Source: Mayamaea pseudoterrestris (Eukaryota). Taken from it: 64,000 nt of DNA. The notes under the pieces are model-generated. The model saw only the letters and a program-made list of their open reading frames with translations. It did no database searches and had not been told where the DNA came from. This document shows, piece after piece, positions 43,907 through 55,765 of this stretch. The DNA is taken from NCBI GenBank assembly GCA_027923505.1, contig BROI01000008.1, positions 186,001 through 250,000 of the forward strand, written 5' to 3'. The translations under genes and the position numbers were made by a program. Each line of letters opens with the position of its first letter. The first letter of the stretch is position 1.

Positions 43907-46198
43907 ATGGATCCAAGCCTAAACAATGCGACTGCCGACGCGATGGCTGAAGGGTCAAACGAGTCTCGAGTAAACGACTCGTCGACACACAACTTTCTTT
44001 CATCAGCTCCAGTTTCTAGTTTGCTACCACAGCTTGCAGCGAATGGTCTGTCATTCCAGGGTCAGCAGCAGCAGCAGCACCAGCACCAGCCCAACTTGTT
44101 GACTCAAGCGATTCAGCAGGCTCGATACGCCATGCTCTTGCAAGCTGCTGGATCACTTGAGCAACAAGCTGCTACAGCTAACAATCCTTTGGCTGGTTTG
44201 GCTGCTCTTTCTCAGCTTGCGAACCAAAACAGCATTGTCTTTCCAAGCAGCAACGCTGGCGGAAACCATAGTGTTGCGTCCCTTTCAAGCGCCAGTGCAC
44301 CAGCAGCAGCTATCAACTCAGCTGCCCAGCTTTTGGCGACACATTCGGCAGTGTCAGCTCTCACGGCCTCTCATCATCAAAGCTACGTTGGGCAGTCGTT
44401 GACAAGTCTGGGTACGTTGCATAACATTTTGTGTGTTTGAGCTCAGATGGAATCTCACTAACTATGTGTTATTTCTACTCTGCGCAAATCAGAAAATCAA
44501 GTTAAACTTCTTCATAAACACAAGCAACCGGTACCTCAGACACTGACGCTCCTTCTCGCCGATGCCCGACGCCGTGAGGACAAGAAGTACGCTAAACGTA
44601 TCGCCAACCGAAAATCCGCAAGCACATCGCGCGCCCGAAAGAAGGCCTTGGTCCAGGAAATGACCGATCTCAACGCCAAACTTCGGCGGCAAGCACTTAT
44701 TCTTTCGTTGCTGCCTGACTTGGTGATTGTTACGGATGCTGACGGTGTCATTAACTTTTGCAGCGAGCAAGTGGAGCGAATATTGCAACATCGATCGAGC
44801 GACCTTGTCGGTAGTGCTTTAGGAGATCTGCTGGTTCCGTCGTCACGCGACAAGATGAAGAAACTCATCAGGGTTCTCATCGAGACTGAAGCGTCAGGGG
44901 CCGTTGAAGGCGAAGGCTTGTCGAATGTAAGCGCCCGACTATCTAAAAAGGGCAAGCGGCAGCAAATCTCGGAGGATGCGTCAAACAACCGTCTCGAGTC
45001 TAAGGAGGCAGAGATCACCGGCATTCCTTTGTCGGTCGTTGCGGTCGAGGCTGGTTGTCGAGTTACCAAGGCGGCTCGGGATGGGACTGACAATTCTGAT
45101 GCCAGCCGTGATAGTAACAAGCAAGCATCGTCGTTAACGGGCTCAACAGCGACGGATCCCCGCTCGCCTAATCGTAACACCGGCAGTGATTCGGAAGACA
45201 ACAAGAAGACGGCATTATCCGACAAGGACGCAGTCAAGTCGTCAGACAAAGAGAGTGGTGGCAGCGATGACAACTCAAACGCTAGCTCACTTTCTATGGA
45301 AGGATATGCTGCCCAAGATGCGGCGAGGAAGCTTCAAAGTGCCAACGCCAACCTTGAGCGAAACGTCCGATGGCATAATAAGAACATGAAGGCTTGTGGC
45401 AACACAAGCGCCGAGTACAAAGATGACGTTATTGGTGCAACTGTAACAGCCAATAATGCGTCAGCACGACTGTCATCCCTGCGGGTCCATGAAAGCGAGG
45501 AGCTTGACTTGGGCAAGGACGGCAAGAACCCCGTGCTGTCGGAAGAAGAAGATGGATACCGCGAATCTAATGATTCAAGAGAGGAAACATCATCGTCAAC
45601 TTTTAGTGATACGTCATCGAAAGGAGGTATGTTTGTTAATGCTCGATTGTGCCAATTGTTTGTATCGAAACCATTTTTCTCATCGTATACAACAAACATG
45701 ACTACATTGTTGCATACAGGGCGACGAAAACCAATGGCACCGACGTGCAACGTCTGCTTAATCCGCGACGATTTGACCACCATTTGGTGCGAAGTGACCT
45801 CGTCTATTCGGATTCGGTCTGTGAAACAAGAGGAGCCATTCGACGCCATGATCGATGAACCAAAGAGTAAAGCAAGCGCCAGCAGCAATGCCAGCGACTC
45901 TGACTCGTTTCAAGAGACAATCAAGGAAATTTATTTTTGCTTGCGTCCCATTCGGGCCGGCAGCCACAAGGTAGACGAGAAGTTTCGCTTTCAACGAGTC
46001 GGCTACACGCCAGTTTCTGAAGGCAGTAAGACGGGACAGAGTAGCGCGGAGGGAACTTCGTCAAAGTCGTCTCTGAATGAAACGTTTGGCCAAGACGTCG
46101 ACGAACAAGAGCTTTTGTCGATTCCTCCAAAGAAACGAAAAAATATGCATCAACATGCAGAACAGAAGCCAACTAAGGCTGTTCCTCGCTTGTGCTAA
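43907..46198 (+). CDS. bZIP-PAS transcription factor (3 exons)
   Basis: Intron 44412-44492 exposes the basic region KRIANRKSASTSRARKK and a short zipper. PAS N-half is LPDLVIVTDADGVINFCS..VERIL. Intron 45627-45719 precedes the PAS C-half CLIRDDLTTIWCEVTSSIR. Q/A-rich N-terminus. Confidence 0.87.
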
Positions 46199-46415
46199 AC
46201 GTGGATATCGCTTGTGTCCATATTATAAATGACATGTCTGTACATATCTAGTTGATCATGCAGTGGTCTCTTTTCTATTAGTAATGCACTACTAGGTTCG
46301 TTCAAATGTTTTAAGAAGTGTCATTGAAATATGCAGCAACACCCTTTCTTTTCTGATGCTACATTAACATTTGGCAGTCCACTTTGTCCCTTTGCATGCT
46401 CCGAGGCGATCAATC

Positions 46416-46752
46416 GGCATCTGCGGGCTGAGACTGGTGACAAGTTGTCACCATACATTGCCATCCCCTGAACCAAGCTTACCACTAGTAGACCAGCCAG
46501 AACAATGCACCATCCTTGTGTAGGCGTGCCCCTGATGGTAAGGTAAATGTTACCAGCACCAACAATCCATCTTGTAGCGCACCTATTAGGATGTGGCACC
46601 ATGACTCAGGGCTTGCTGTAGGGGCGTTTGAAAATCATGGCATCTGCTGGCTGAGACTGGTGACAAGTTGTCACCAATCACATTGCAGTCTACCGAGGGA
46701 CCAGCCAGGCAATCCATCTTGTAGCGCATCTGAAATAAGGATGTTAGCACCA
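46416..46752. repeat. Diverged direct duplication (~223-bp offset), each copy carrying the palindrome TGGTGACAA-G-TTGTCACCA
   Basis: GGCATCTGC(G/T)GGCTGAGACTGGTGACAAGTTGTCACCA at 46416 and 46639; GACCAGCCAG at 46491 and 46699; CAATCCATCTTGTAGCGCA at 46563 and 46710. Confidence 0.9.
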
Positions 46753-46961
46753 TTCTGGCTTGATTTGGGCTAGGTGCCAATGACCTACTCGTACCGGTAG
46801 ACGGTGAATGACCGACGAGTCGCGCGACATTAAATCTCTTCCGAGCCACGCGAGGCTCGTCGAGCGGCGGCAGCCATCATGCGCACATCACTCACACCCA
46901 ATGCTGCTTGGAGACACCGTCATACCAGCTCATTATTCTGTGTTCCAGAGAAAGCTCTACA

Positions 46962-48452
46962 ATGGTACATGAATAGAAGAGAATAATTGATTGATACTTC
47001 GACTGGCGTTCCAATTCTCACTAAAGCGATTTTTCCCAGGCTTCACTTGTCACCTGCGTCGTTTCGAGCCTTTCGTTCTGCGTCTGTTCGGCCAGTGCAT
47101 CACTTTTACACGCATGTTGCGGTAATGACAAGCCGTCGACTGTAGCACCAAGTGCCACGTCGGGTCGGAAGCGCTCAGTGGTCCTGCTGTTGCTGAGTGT
47201 TGCCTTGTCACTGGCCTTCCAGTACGGGGTCGGTCCAGCCATTCTGCAATCATCTAGTTCGCCAATTAACGTTGCAGAGTTTGTGACGAATGCTTGGACA
47301 GATGGATGCACTCAATTCAGCTATGACATTGATCTCCAGGAATCATGTGTTGGAAATATGGGCGTCTTTCGAGTGGGTTTTGCAACAATTGTATTCTTTA
47401 CGCTGGCAGGCGTCGGATCCTGGTGTAAACCAACCATGAATCGAGAGGCGTGGCCGGCAAAGTATGTTTTGTATTTTCTGTTGGTTGCTGCCATGTCTTT
47501 TGTGCCAAATGATCCGCTTTTTTCGAAAGTATATTTAAATCAGGCACGAATCGGAGGTGTGCTCTTCATTTTCCTTCAGCAAGTCATCATCGTTGACTGT
47601 GCTCACAACTGGAACGATTCATGGGTCGCCAAGGCGAATAAGGCTGACGCTGAAGAACTAGGGGCAGGCAAAAAGTGGTTGGGAGCTATTTTATGCTCCT
47701 GCGCAATATTGTTCATCGGATCTTTTGTGGGTATAGTGCTCATGTTTGTTGGCTTTTCCGAATGTCGCACAAACATGGGCTTCATCGCATCTACTTTATG
47801 TCTCTGTGTTCTTGTCACTGTAACACAGCTTCTTGGAGAGGAAGGTTCGTTGCTCTCGAGTGCCTCAGTATCGGCATGGGCCGTCTACTTGCTGTACAAT
47901 GCTGTCACGAAGAACCCCAATGAAGTATGCAATCCTATGCTTGGCCAGTCGGGTGGACTTAGCATTGCACTCGGACTCATAATCACCCTCATGAGTTTGG
48001 GATGGACAGGTTGGAGCTATACGGCAGAAGCTCGATTGACACCATCTCACGCAGCGACCAGCGATACTACTGAAGCAGCGAGTGAAACCGAGAAAGAAAC
48101 GTTTGGTAAACGAAAAGTTGTTGGCGTCGTCACCGGCGAAACGGAATCTACAGGCAACGAGGACGACTACGTCAGAGCGCAAGAAAGTCAGGACGAGAAT
48201 GAAGCTGAGGATGCGAAACATGGTGGCCTCTCCACTTCTTGGCGCCTTAACGCCATTCTTGTCGTTGTCACTTGCTGGACATCCATGATCTTGACTCGGT
48301 GGGGTGATATTTCGACCGATGGCTCAGTGGCGAACCCATCCGTTGGAAGCGTTGCGATGTGGATGATAATGACTTCTCAATGGCTTGCGCTGCTCCTCTA
48401 TACTTGGACGTTGGCGGCACCGAAACTTTTCCCAGAAAGGGACTTCACATAG
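46962..48452 (+). CDS. Serine incorporator (SERINC/TMS1) family membrane protein
   Basis: Cys-rich N-terminus, C.G..GVFRV, W..K, FIFLQQVIIVD.AH.WN, C..N..FI, SLL.S...Y.L and SQW...LLY.WTL.AP.LFP.RDF. Probable ATG-only first coding exon followed by intron 46965-47039. Confidence 0.9.
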
Positions 48453-49257
48453 CATAATGCACACGTTTGATTGGTAATATGTGTCATTAAAGTTTACGAC
48501 CTCTACCGTGGAACTGTAGCATATGTATCATCTTGCTCATCTTCCGAGTACTGTATCTCCGCGTCGAGCTGTGTAGATTTTTGTCGATTGCTTTGAGATA
48601 TGCTCATAATGCATAGGTCACTCGCTACCTTACATGTATTGTTGTTCTGCTACTTGCTACTCGACTTATGCATTACGTCCTCTTTGATATTTCATATGCG
48701 CATTATGATAAGGTCGGCTAGCGCATTGGTATCATAGCTAATACTTGCCAGAGGGCTTCCGAGCAAGTCACGGAAGTTAGGGTTAGGCTCTTTATTCGTG
48801 ATCCGGGTGTGGCTTGTTTCTATTCCTTTGCGTTGCTGACGACCAATTGCCACATTAAAACTTATAGTAGATGTTAAAATAAGGCCATAGCGAACGCCAT
48901 TGAGTGGCGGACGACTGCAGACGACTCGAATCGCGGCAGCACATGACAACTCGGCCGCTCTTCGCAGCGTCACTGTAGACATTCATATATCCGCATCGTA
49001 CTGCCTCTTTTGCATTCAGTCTTCGCACGAAAGAGGTGTATAGCTGCGGTTGTCTGTGTGAGAGGGAAGTTCTTAGTTGCTCCCTGCTGAACGTAATTCA
49101 GCGGTGCTCCAGAAGTTGCAGGATCTGGTGGGGTCGCTAAACAAGATTGCGAAGAGTCGCGGTGAAATACAAGTGTTGGAATTGGTGTCTAGATACGACA
49201 GTCCTGTTTTGAGGTCTTCGGTAATCTGCCGCCCAAATAAGGGCGCCCCCGGCAATC

Positions 49258-51723
49258 ATGGTCAGTCAACAACATCACAAAGCCACTCTACGAGGTCCGG
49301 ATCTCAAACTGTACGTGAGAGACGTTCGCGACAGTCTCCGCAAAAAGTACCCTATATCCGTCAAATCATGGGCGACTATCAAGGACGTCAAATATGCCAT
49401 TTAGCAGCTTACCAAGATTCCTAGTTCAGCCCAGCGCTTGTTTTTTGGTCCGCTCTTGACCTCGGGACGAGAGCTCCCAAATCACAGAACTTTGCACGAC
49501 GCAGGAATTTATCGCTCCGGAGAAACTATCTTGCTGGATATCAAGGGAGCAGTATCACTCTCTGGCTACTCTGCGTTTTCTTCGCTATCGTCTTTACGAT
49601 CGTCGGCGTCTAGCGATGTCTGCATTTCGTCCTCCATGATGGATGCAACGCCTAAGCCGCTTCGCTCGCTTGTGCAGGAAGCGCGGCGAGCGTTTGCCTT
49701 GGGTCTCAAACCAGAATTTGTTTTGGATGGGTCCGGTGGAACTTACTTTTTGCATGATGCACACAAAAACAAGATTGCCGTGTTTAAGCCATCAGATGAG
49801 GAGCCGTACGCTCCGGCAAATCCTCGCGGATACCTTCCGATTGGAGGTTCGGGATCGGGCGAAGTGCAGTCTCTTCGTAAGGGAGTTGCTCCTGGAGAAG
49901 CTTGCATACGAGAGGTGGCCGCGTTTTTGCTGGATCATGATGGAGTCTGCACTGTTCCCATGACTACTTTAGTGGAAGCCAGACACTCGGCCTTTAACAA
50001 TTACGGATCGAGAATGACTGTTGCAAACGGTGGAGCGTCGATTGGCAGTCATTCCATTTCGCCAGCACTGCCAGGTATAATGGCCAACTCAGACACGAAA
50101 AAGGTTGGATCTTTGCAGGAGTTTGTTCGCTGCGATGGAACTACGATGGATGATATTTCTCCGAGCCTCCTGTCGGTTGAAGAAGTGCAAAAGATTGCTT
50201 TGCTCGACATACGCATCTTGAATGCTGACAGAAATGCGGCAAACTTGCTGGTTCGTCGTCGAACCGACGATTCATTGGAGCTAATACCAATTGACCATGG
50301 ATTTTGCTTGCGAACGGTTTCAGATGTCTCGTGGATGGATTGGTGCTGGCTCGATTGGCCGCAGCTAAAGCAGGTATGTATCAGTTTATCTCTCGTCGAC
50401 CGTTTGTGAATCATAAACTTTCCTTTTTTTAACTTAACCCAATTTGTTTCTTTGCTCGTGTCGCAGCCGGTGTGCGATCATCTTAAGAATTACATTGCCG
50501 GACTTGACATTGAAGCTGATGCTCTACTTTTGAGTGAGCGTCTAAACATCTGTCGGGAAGCAATTGACTTTTTCAGGGCATCATCGTCCCTTCTCAAGGC
50601 TGGTGTTAACGCAGGCCTTACCCTTTACGATATTGCTATCCTTTGCTGCCGTAATGACAATCTTGGTGAAGTTCCGTCCATGTTAGAAAAGCTGTTAGAC
50701 ATGGCTTCTGAGTTAGCTTATGTTGCCATAAAGAATGACCGTTGGCACCATAGTGCGGCTTCAAGAGCGATTGTCGAGCAACTGAATCCAGTGTTTCAGC
50801 GTCGCAGCAGTGTCGCTGCTGGATTGAGCTCAAAGAACTGGATTTCTAAGGCAGCCTCTAGCTCTAATTTTCTGTCGCTTCACAAAGGATCCCATGGTCA
50901 AAAGGTCATTGCCGATGCAAGCCTGTTCGCGGCTGAATTTGCACCGCCTGGAATGGCGCAGTCGTCGGCCTCGTCGGAATCAAGTGTAGAGCCTGTGGAC
51001 GCGATTGACGAAGCGGAAGAAAACGAGGATTGCGAGGAATGGGCCGCTTCCGTCATTCTTAATGTGAGCGTTGAGCAATTTGGAACGACGGGGCGCGTCA
51101 ACCGATCTGACTCAGTCAGCTCGGACGGATCAACCGACTCGGGTCACCGTGGCTTTTGGCACGTACGTCCGAGTTTTTCTCCCGAAGCGTCGGACGATGG
51201 CTCGGAGAGCTGGGATACGTATGATCACGAGGAATTATCTTTTGAGCCGGACTTTACAAGCCAGATAGAGATTTCCAAACCAAAAGACACAAAGTTTGCG
51301 ACTGTAACCTTTGCTCCGGATGTGCCTCTGGTGGACGGTTCGCGTTCCTCCCTAGTTTCAAATCGCCTTACCACGTTGAATGCTCGTCGCCCATCAATGA
51401 TTAACTCTAGCGAAGGCGATTTTTTGTTGCAAAGTAAGCGGCCGTCGACAATGTCATTTACCGAAAGCTGGACGACGGACGATACGACTCCTGCGCTGCC
51501 TCCACCTCTGCCGCGATCTGAAAGCAACATTTCTCGGAGCAAAAGTTATTCCGCGCTTTCGGCCGTGAGTGGATCAGGAGACACGAAGAAGAATGCTGCT
51601 GTTCAACAAGAGCGACTGAGCGAAGATGACAATCTTTTTCGCAATTATTTTCACAGTTTTATTGACCTGGTCATAACGCGCGAGACGACGGTGGCGCTTC
51701 ACAATTCAAAGCGTCATGCTTGA
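49258..51723 (+). CDS. Ubiquitin-like domain + type II PI4-kinase gamma-like protein; contains an in-frame TAG at 49402-49404 (possible pseudogene allele)
   Basis: UBL (LKLYVRD...ISVK..ATIKDVK.AI*QLT.IP...QRLFFG...L.N.RTL.D.GI). Kinase motifs [45 protein letters not shown] and IPIDHG. Intron 50374-50466. Confidence 0.8.
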
Positions 51724-51870
51724 TTGTCATTATAGCTGGTGGGATCGCTTGGTCCTTTCTCCTCTAAACTTTGATTCTTTACATAACCAACCTATAAAAA
51801 TACTATATTTAAAGATAAACATTGATACAATGTGCTTGACGAAGTGTTCATCTACCTCTACCCAACGCAT

Positions 51871-52800
51871 TCATTTATCAGAATCCAAATGCAACACCGC
51901 CAGCGACGCAATTGCCGTCCATTGAATTTCCATAAAGTGTCCATCCATCACTGATCGACGCAGTTCTGGAAGGGTTATTGTTTTCAAGCCTTGCCGCTCC
52001 GTATCGGCCCCTCCGACTTGTTCGTTTTCTTGCATGTCCAAGCTATGGCCTTTTTCGTCAGGTGTATCTAACTTGACACACTCCTGCGCCAGGAAACCGT
52101 TCGTCCAACCCATGCCTCGGTTTACGTCCGTGCGAAACCGACCAAGAAATACAAAGTGGCTGCAATGTAGCTTTATCTCCTCCTGTACTTCCCTCTGGGC
52201 TGCCTCGCGAGGCTCTTCACCTGGTTCGACAATGCCGCCTACCAAAGCCATTGATGTTCGACCATCTAATGCGTATTTGGTTTGCTCCAAGACGATGAAA
52301 CGAACATTACGTTTCTCATTATCATGAGGATCGTCGCCAGCAATCATCACTAAGACAGAAATTCTATCATAATAATCGATCCAAACCCAATCGGAGATTA
52401 TGGTATTCGACTCGTCCAAACGGACGGAATGCTGCTGTATCTTGACAAACTTGCTTTCGACTAGACATTTAGAGTCAATAGTCGTATTGGTGCGGTACTC
52501 TTGACCAAGAAATGTTCCAAAAGATGCAACACAATTTGAAGTGCTGCTATGTATACCAACTGGTCGAAGCCAGCGAGTAAAATACGCATTGTTGTCAACA
52601 TGAGTGATAACAGCAATACTTGCGATGACCATGTAACATCCAAGGACAAACGCAACCATGGGCGAAAACTTGAAACGAGATATCGATAGACGTAATGCCA
52701 ACGAAAGGGACGACCAGATCGGAACATGATCGCGCTTGGCTCTCGAGCTTTTGCGAGAAGCGTAACACTGGTTCATTGCCTGTTCCGTGTTGGCACTCAT
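51871..52800 (-). CDS. Nudix hydrolase (ADP-ribose pyrophosphatase-like) with N-terminal TM anchor
   Basis: Nudix box GGIVEPGEEPREAAQREVQEEI and hydrophobic segment MVAFVLGCYMVIASIAVI. Start is uncertain. Confidence 0.8.
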   Translation of the reverse strand: MSANTEQAMNQCYASRKSSRAKRDHVPIWSSLSLALRLSISRFKFSPMVAFVLGCYMVIASIAVITHVDNNAYFTRWLRPVGIHSSTSNCVASFGTFLGQEYRTNTTIDSKCLVESKFVKIQQHSVRLDESNTIISDWVWIDYYDRISVLVMIAGDDPHDNEKRNVRFIVLEQTKYALDGRTSMALVGGIVEPGEEPREAAQREVQEEIKLHCSHFVFLGRFRTDVNRGMGWTNGFLAQECVKLDTPDEKGHSLDMQENEQVGGADTERQGLKTITLPELRRSVMDGHFMEIQWTAIASLAVLHLDSDK

Positions 52801-53110
52801 CGCACGAGTCGAGACAGTCTGGCTTGCCCGCTTTTGGTTGGTTTGGATAGAGTCCAGTGGCAATATGCAAGCGATAGTAAAGAAATGCAAATAATCATGA
52901 CGAATCACAATGATGTGATGGGTCTTACGACATCAAATAGAACCAGTGCGACATATTGATGGATCCATGAAGGTGATGGCGATCCACGAGATGGCGATCC
53001 GAGTCAAGTGTGTATTGTACTTCTTGTCCTCACTCTGTGTTTATGGTAACGCTACGGGTGGTCTTTTCCTTCGCAGATGCGTGAAACGACACCGGATCCT
53101 GAACTTGCTA

Positions 53111-55720
53111 ATGCTGAATTGGTTCTATAAGTCAACAATCAACTCTGGAGAAGAATGTGAATTGCTACTGGCAGGGAACGAGGAATCAGCGACTGCCGAA
53201 AGTTCTTTGTGCCATCGTCAGCGACTTCTGATCACAGCGCAGATCGTGTTAGCCGCCTTTATCTTCTTAGCTAGCGGTACAGTAACATGTTCGACTCGTC
53301 ATTATCTACCACTCTTCCTTCACAATGCTGCCGTCCTCCCTCACGAAAATGCATCATCGTCTGCATTTGCATTACGGCCTCGCGTTGCAAGTCACCATGG
53401 ATTTGCCTCGTACCTCGATTATCACAAGGATCTGACGGACGGGCAGCAATATCCGATTGATGTCACTTACGACGGTCGCTCTTTCATGTTGAATTCGAGC
53501 AGAACAATTTTCCTTTCCGGAAGCATGCATCCAGTCAGAACGACGAAAGCGACTTGGCTGCTGGCGCTGGATGAAGCTGTCAACAATGGACTGAATATGA
53601 TCACCATTTACGTTATGTGGTCGTCTCATCAACCTTTTCAAGACCAACCTTTTAACTGGTCGCTACCGATGCAGTCAGTTGTTTGCGAACATCAAGATGA
53701 CGGGTCATGTGAATGGACGCTCGCTCACGCGCTCTGGGCGGCTGCGAGACGAGGCTTGTTCGTTCACCTTCGGCTTGGTCCGTACGTTTGCGCAGAATAC
53801 ACGTATGGAGGCATTCCCGAGTGGCTGCCTCTCAAGTATCCAGATATGGAGATGCGACGGCTCAGTCTGCAGTGGATGACTCTCATGCGCGAATATTTGG
53901 AGCAAGCAATTACATACTTGCGGGCGAATCGATTGTTTGCGTATCAAGGAGGGCCCATTCTGTTTGCGCAGATTGAGAACGAGCTGGGTGATGATGGCAG
54001 TGTCGATGACGCTCTATATAAAAACGAGTCACTCCAGAAGTACGCAGATTGGTGTGGCGCAGTTGCTCACGAACTGGCGCCTGACGTTATCTGGACCATG
54101 TGTAATGGCTTGTCGGCGAACAATACTATAACAACATTCAATGGCGATTTTGCAGCCCGCAACTGGCTCGAGGCTCATGGTGAAACGGGACGCATTCAGA
54201 TAGACCAACCCGCCATGTGGACGGAGGCGGAAGGAGGCTTTCAGATATGGGGCGAAGAGCCGACCGCACCATCCGATTATTATTGGGGCCGAACGGCGCG
54301 GAGCATGGCGTATTTCACACTTCAGTGGTTTGCACGAGGCGGGTCACATCTTAACTATTACATGTTCTATGGAGGTCAAAACTTTGGACGCATGGCGGCG
54401 GCTGGTATTACAACGAATTACGCTTCGGATGCGGTTTTGTGTTCGTCAGGTCAACGACACGAGCCAAAGTTTACACATTTTCAAGATCTGCACCGTACTT
54501 TGGCATCCGTGGCGCATGTCATGGTCAACGCCGAGTCAGCATTGTTGAAGAATGAGTCGTTAAGCGTCTTATTGCCGGGGAATGTATGGGATGATGGAAC
54601 AGACCAGCAAATGTTTGTATACAGCGGAGCGGGGCCACGCAGTGAAGTCATTATTGCCGAGAACAATAGTAACGAGTCGGTCATAGTCCGAATTCCTTCG
54701 GCAGTGATTGGCAATGTCGTGTTAAAAATGGATCCATTTTCTGCCTTGCTACTTATCGATGGTGACATTGCCTTTGATACAGCTTCTATAGCGCCAAAGA
54801 GGCTCACTTATGCGAGGAATTTCAGCGATGCCGTGGACATTCTTAGCTGCTCGGGTCAAGTCGAACCAGTGGAAGCTGGAATTCTTTCCGAGAGAACACT
54901 AACTTCAAGCATCCCTCTCGAGCAGACTTACCTTATGGTGAATAGTTCATTGTCCAGTGACTATGCATGGTATGGGACTACGCTCTCGTTGGCCCAAGAT
55001 GTCCCTTTCGCCACGCTTTCCATTGAAACGTCACAAGCAAACGCCATGGTTATATACATTGATGGCCGCTTCGTCGGAGCGAGCGATACACACAATCACA
55101 AGGAAGGAAATGCCACCTTGGATATATATATTGGTAATTTGGAGGTTGGCAACCTGAGCCTTGCTATACTGTCGGAGTCACTTGGTTATGGCAATTTGCT
55201 TGGTCGATGGGGCGCTGGAACTCGGGCCAAGACGAAAGGTATTATTGGAAATGTATGGCTATCAAGTCCATCAAATTCTTTTAACATAAGCCTCGTCGAC
55301 GGCCGAAGTTGGCAGTCACACGCTGGTCTACATGGCGAGCATTCCGAGATCAAGTCCCCCGGCACCAGTAGCGGTAGCGGTGGAGTATGGTCAACGGCTC
55401 GATTCAAGACGCCTTTATACGATATGTCGTCCATCGGTCTCTTCTGGGAAATATCGCTTGGTCGTGGACATTTTAGCCTCAATGGCAAGGATCTCGGACG
55501 GTATTGGAACATAACACAAGGCAACACTGACGAGGCAAGCCAACGCTATTATTTTTTGCCGCCCGATTTGCTGGCAAGATCTGGCGGTGTCAATACACTA
55601 AATTGGTTTGATGCCTTTAATAACAGTTGCCAAGGTTTTGAACTGCGACTGAGTTGGATTTTTCAGCGAAAAGATGCTGGCTTCATGGATGAAGTGGCTT
55701 TTCCAATGGCGTGCATTTGA
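53111..55720 (+). CDS. Glycoside hydrolase family 35 beta-galactosidase
   Basis: VTYDGRS, SGSMH, VHLRLGPYVCAEYTYGGIPEWL, GGPILFAQIENE (acid/base), P.MWTE (nucleophile), NYYMFYGGQNFGR and LGRYW...QRYY. Start is uncertain (ORF open from 52946). Confidence 0.92.
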   Translation: MLNWFYKSTINSGEECELLLAGNEESATAESSLCHRQRLLITAQIVLAAFIFLASGTVTCSTRHYLPLFLHNAAVLPHENASSSAFALRPRVASHHGFASYLDYHKDLTDGQQYPIDVTYDGRSFMLNSSRTIFLSGSMHPVRTTKATWLLALDEAVNNGLNMITIYVMWSSHQPFQDQPFNWSLPMQSVVCEHQDDGSCEWTLAHALWAAARRGLFVHLRLGPYVCAEYTYGGIPEWLPLKYPDMEMRRLSLQWMTLMREYLEQAITYLRANRLFAYQGGPILFAQIENELGDDGSVDDALYKNESLQKYADWCGAVAHELAPDVIWTMCNGLSANNTITTFNGDFAARNWLEAHGETGRIQIDQPAMWTEAEGGFQIWGEEPTAPSDYYWGRTARSMAYFTLQWFARGGSHLNYYMFYGGQNFGRMAAAGITTNYASDAVLCSSGQRHEPKFTHFQDLHRTLASVAHVMVNAESALLKNESLSVLLPGNVWDDGTDQQMFVYSGAGPRSEVIIAENNSNESVIVRIPSAVIGNVVLKMDPFSALLLIDGDIAFDTASIAPKRLTYARNFSDAVDILSCSGQVEPVEAGILSERTLTSSIPLEQTYLMVNSSLSSDYAWYGTTLSLAQDVPFATLSIETSQANAMVIYIDGRFVGASDTHNHKEGNATLDIYIGNLEVGNLSLAILSESLGYGNLLGRWGAGTRAKTKGIIGNVWLSSPSNSFNISLVDGRSWQSHAGLHGEHSEIKSPGTSSGSGGVWSTARFKTPLYDMSSIGLFWEISLGRGHFSLNGKDLGRYWNITQGNTDEASQRYYFLPPDLLARSGGVNTLNWFDAFNNSCQGFELRLSWIFQRKDAGFMDEVAFPMACI

Positions 55721-55765
55721 CGTAGCTTAATAAATTTCTACATTACTTTTGCTATTGTTAATCCG

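Noticed and set aside
43907..46198. Aureochrome (bZIP-LOV) call
   Set aside because: The PAS domain lacks the flavin-binding GRNCRFLQ motif.
46416..46752. Palindromic repeats as a possible CRISPR array
   Set aside because: Only two copies, the intervening sequence is itself partly duplicated, there are no cas genes, and the context is eukaryotic.
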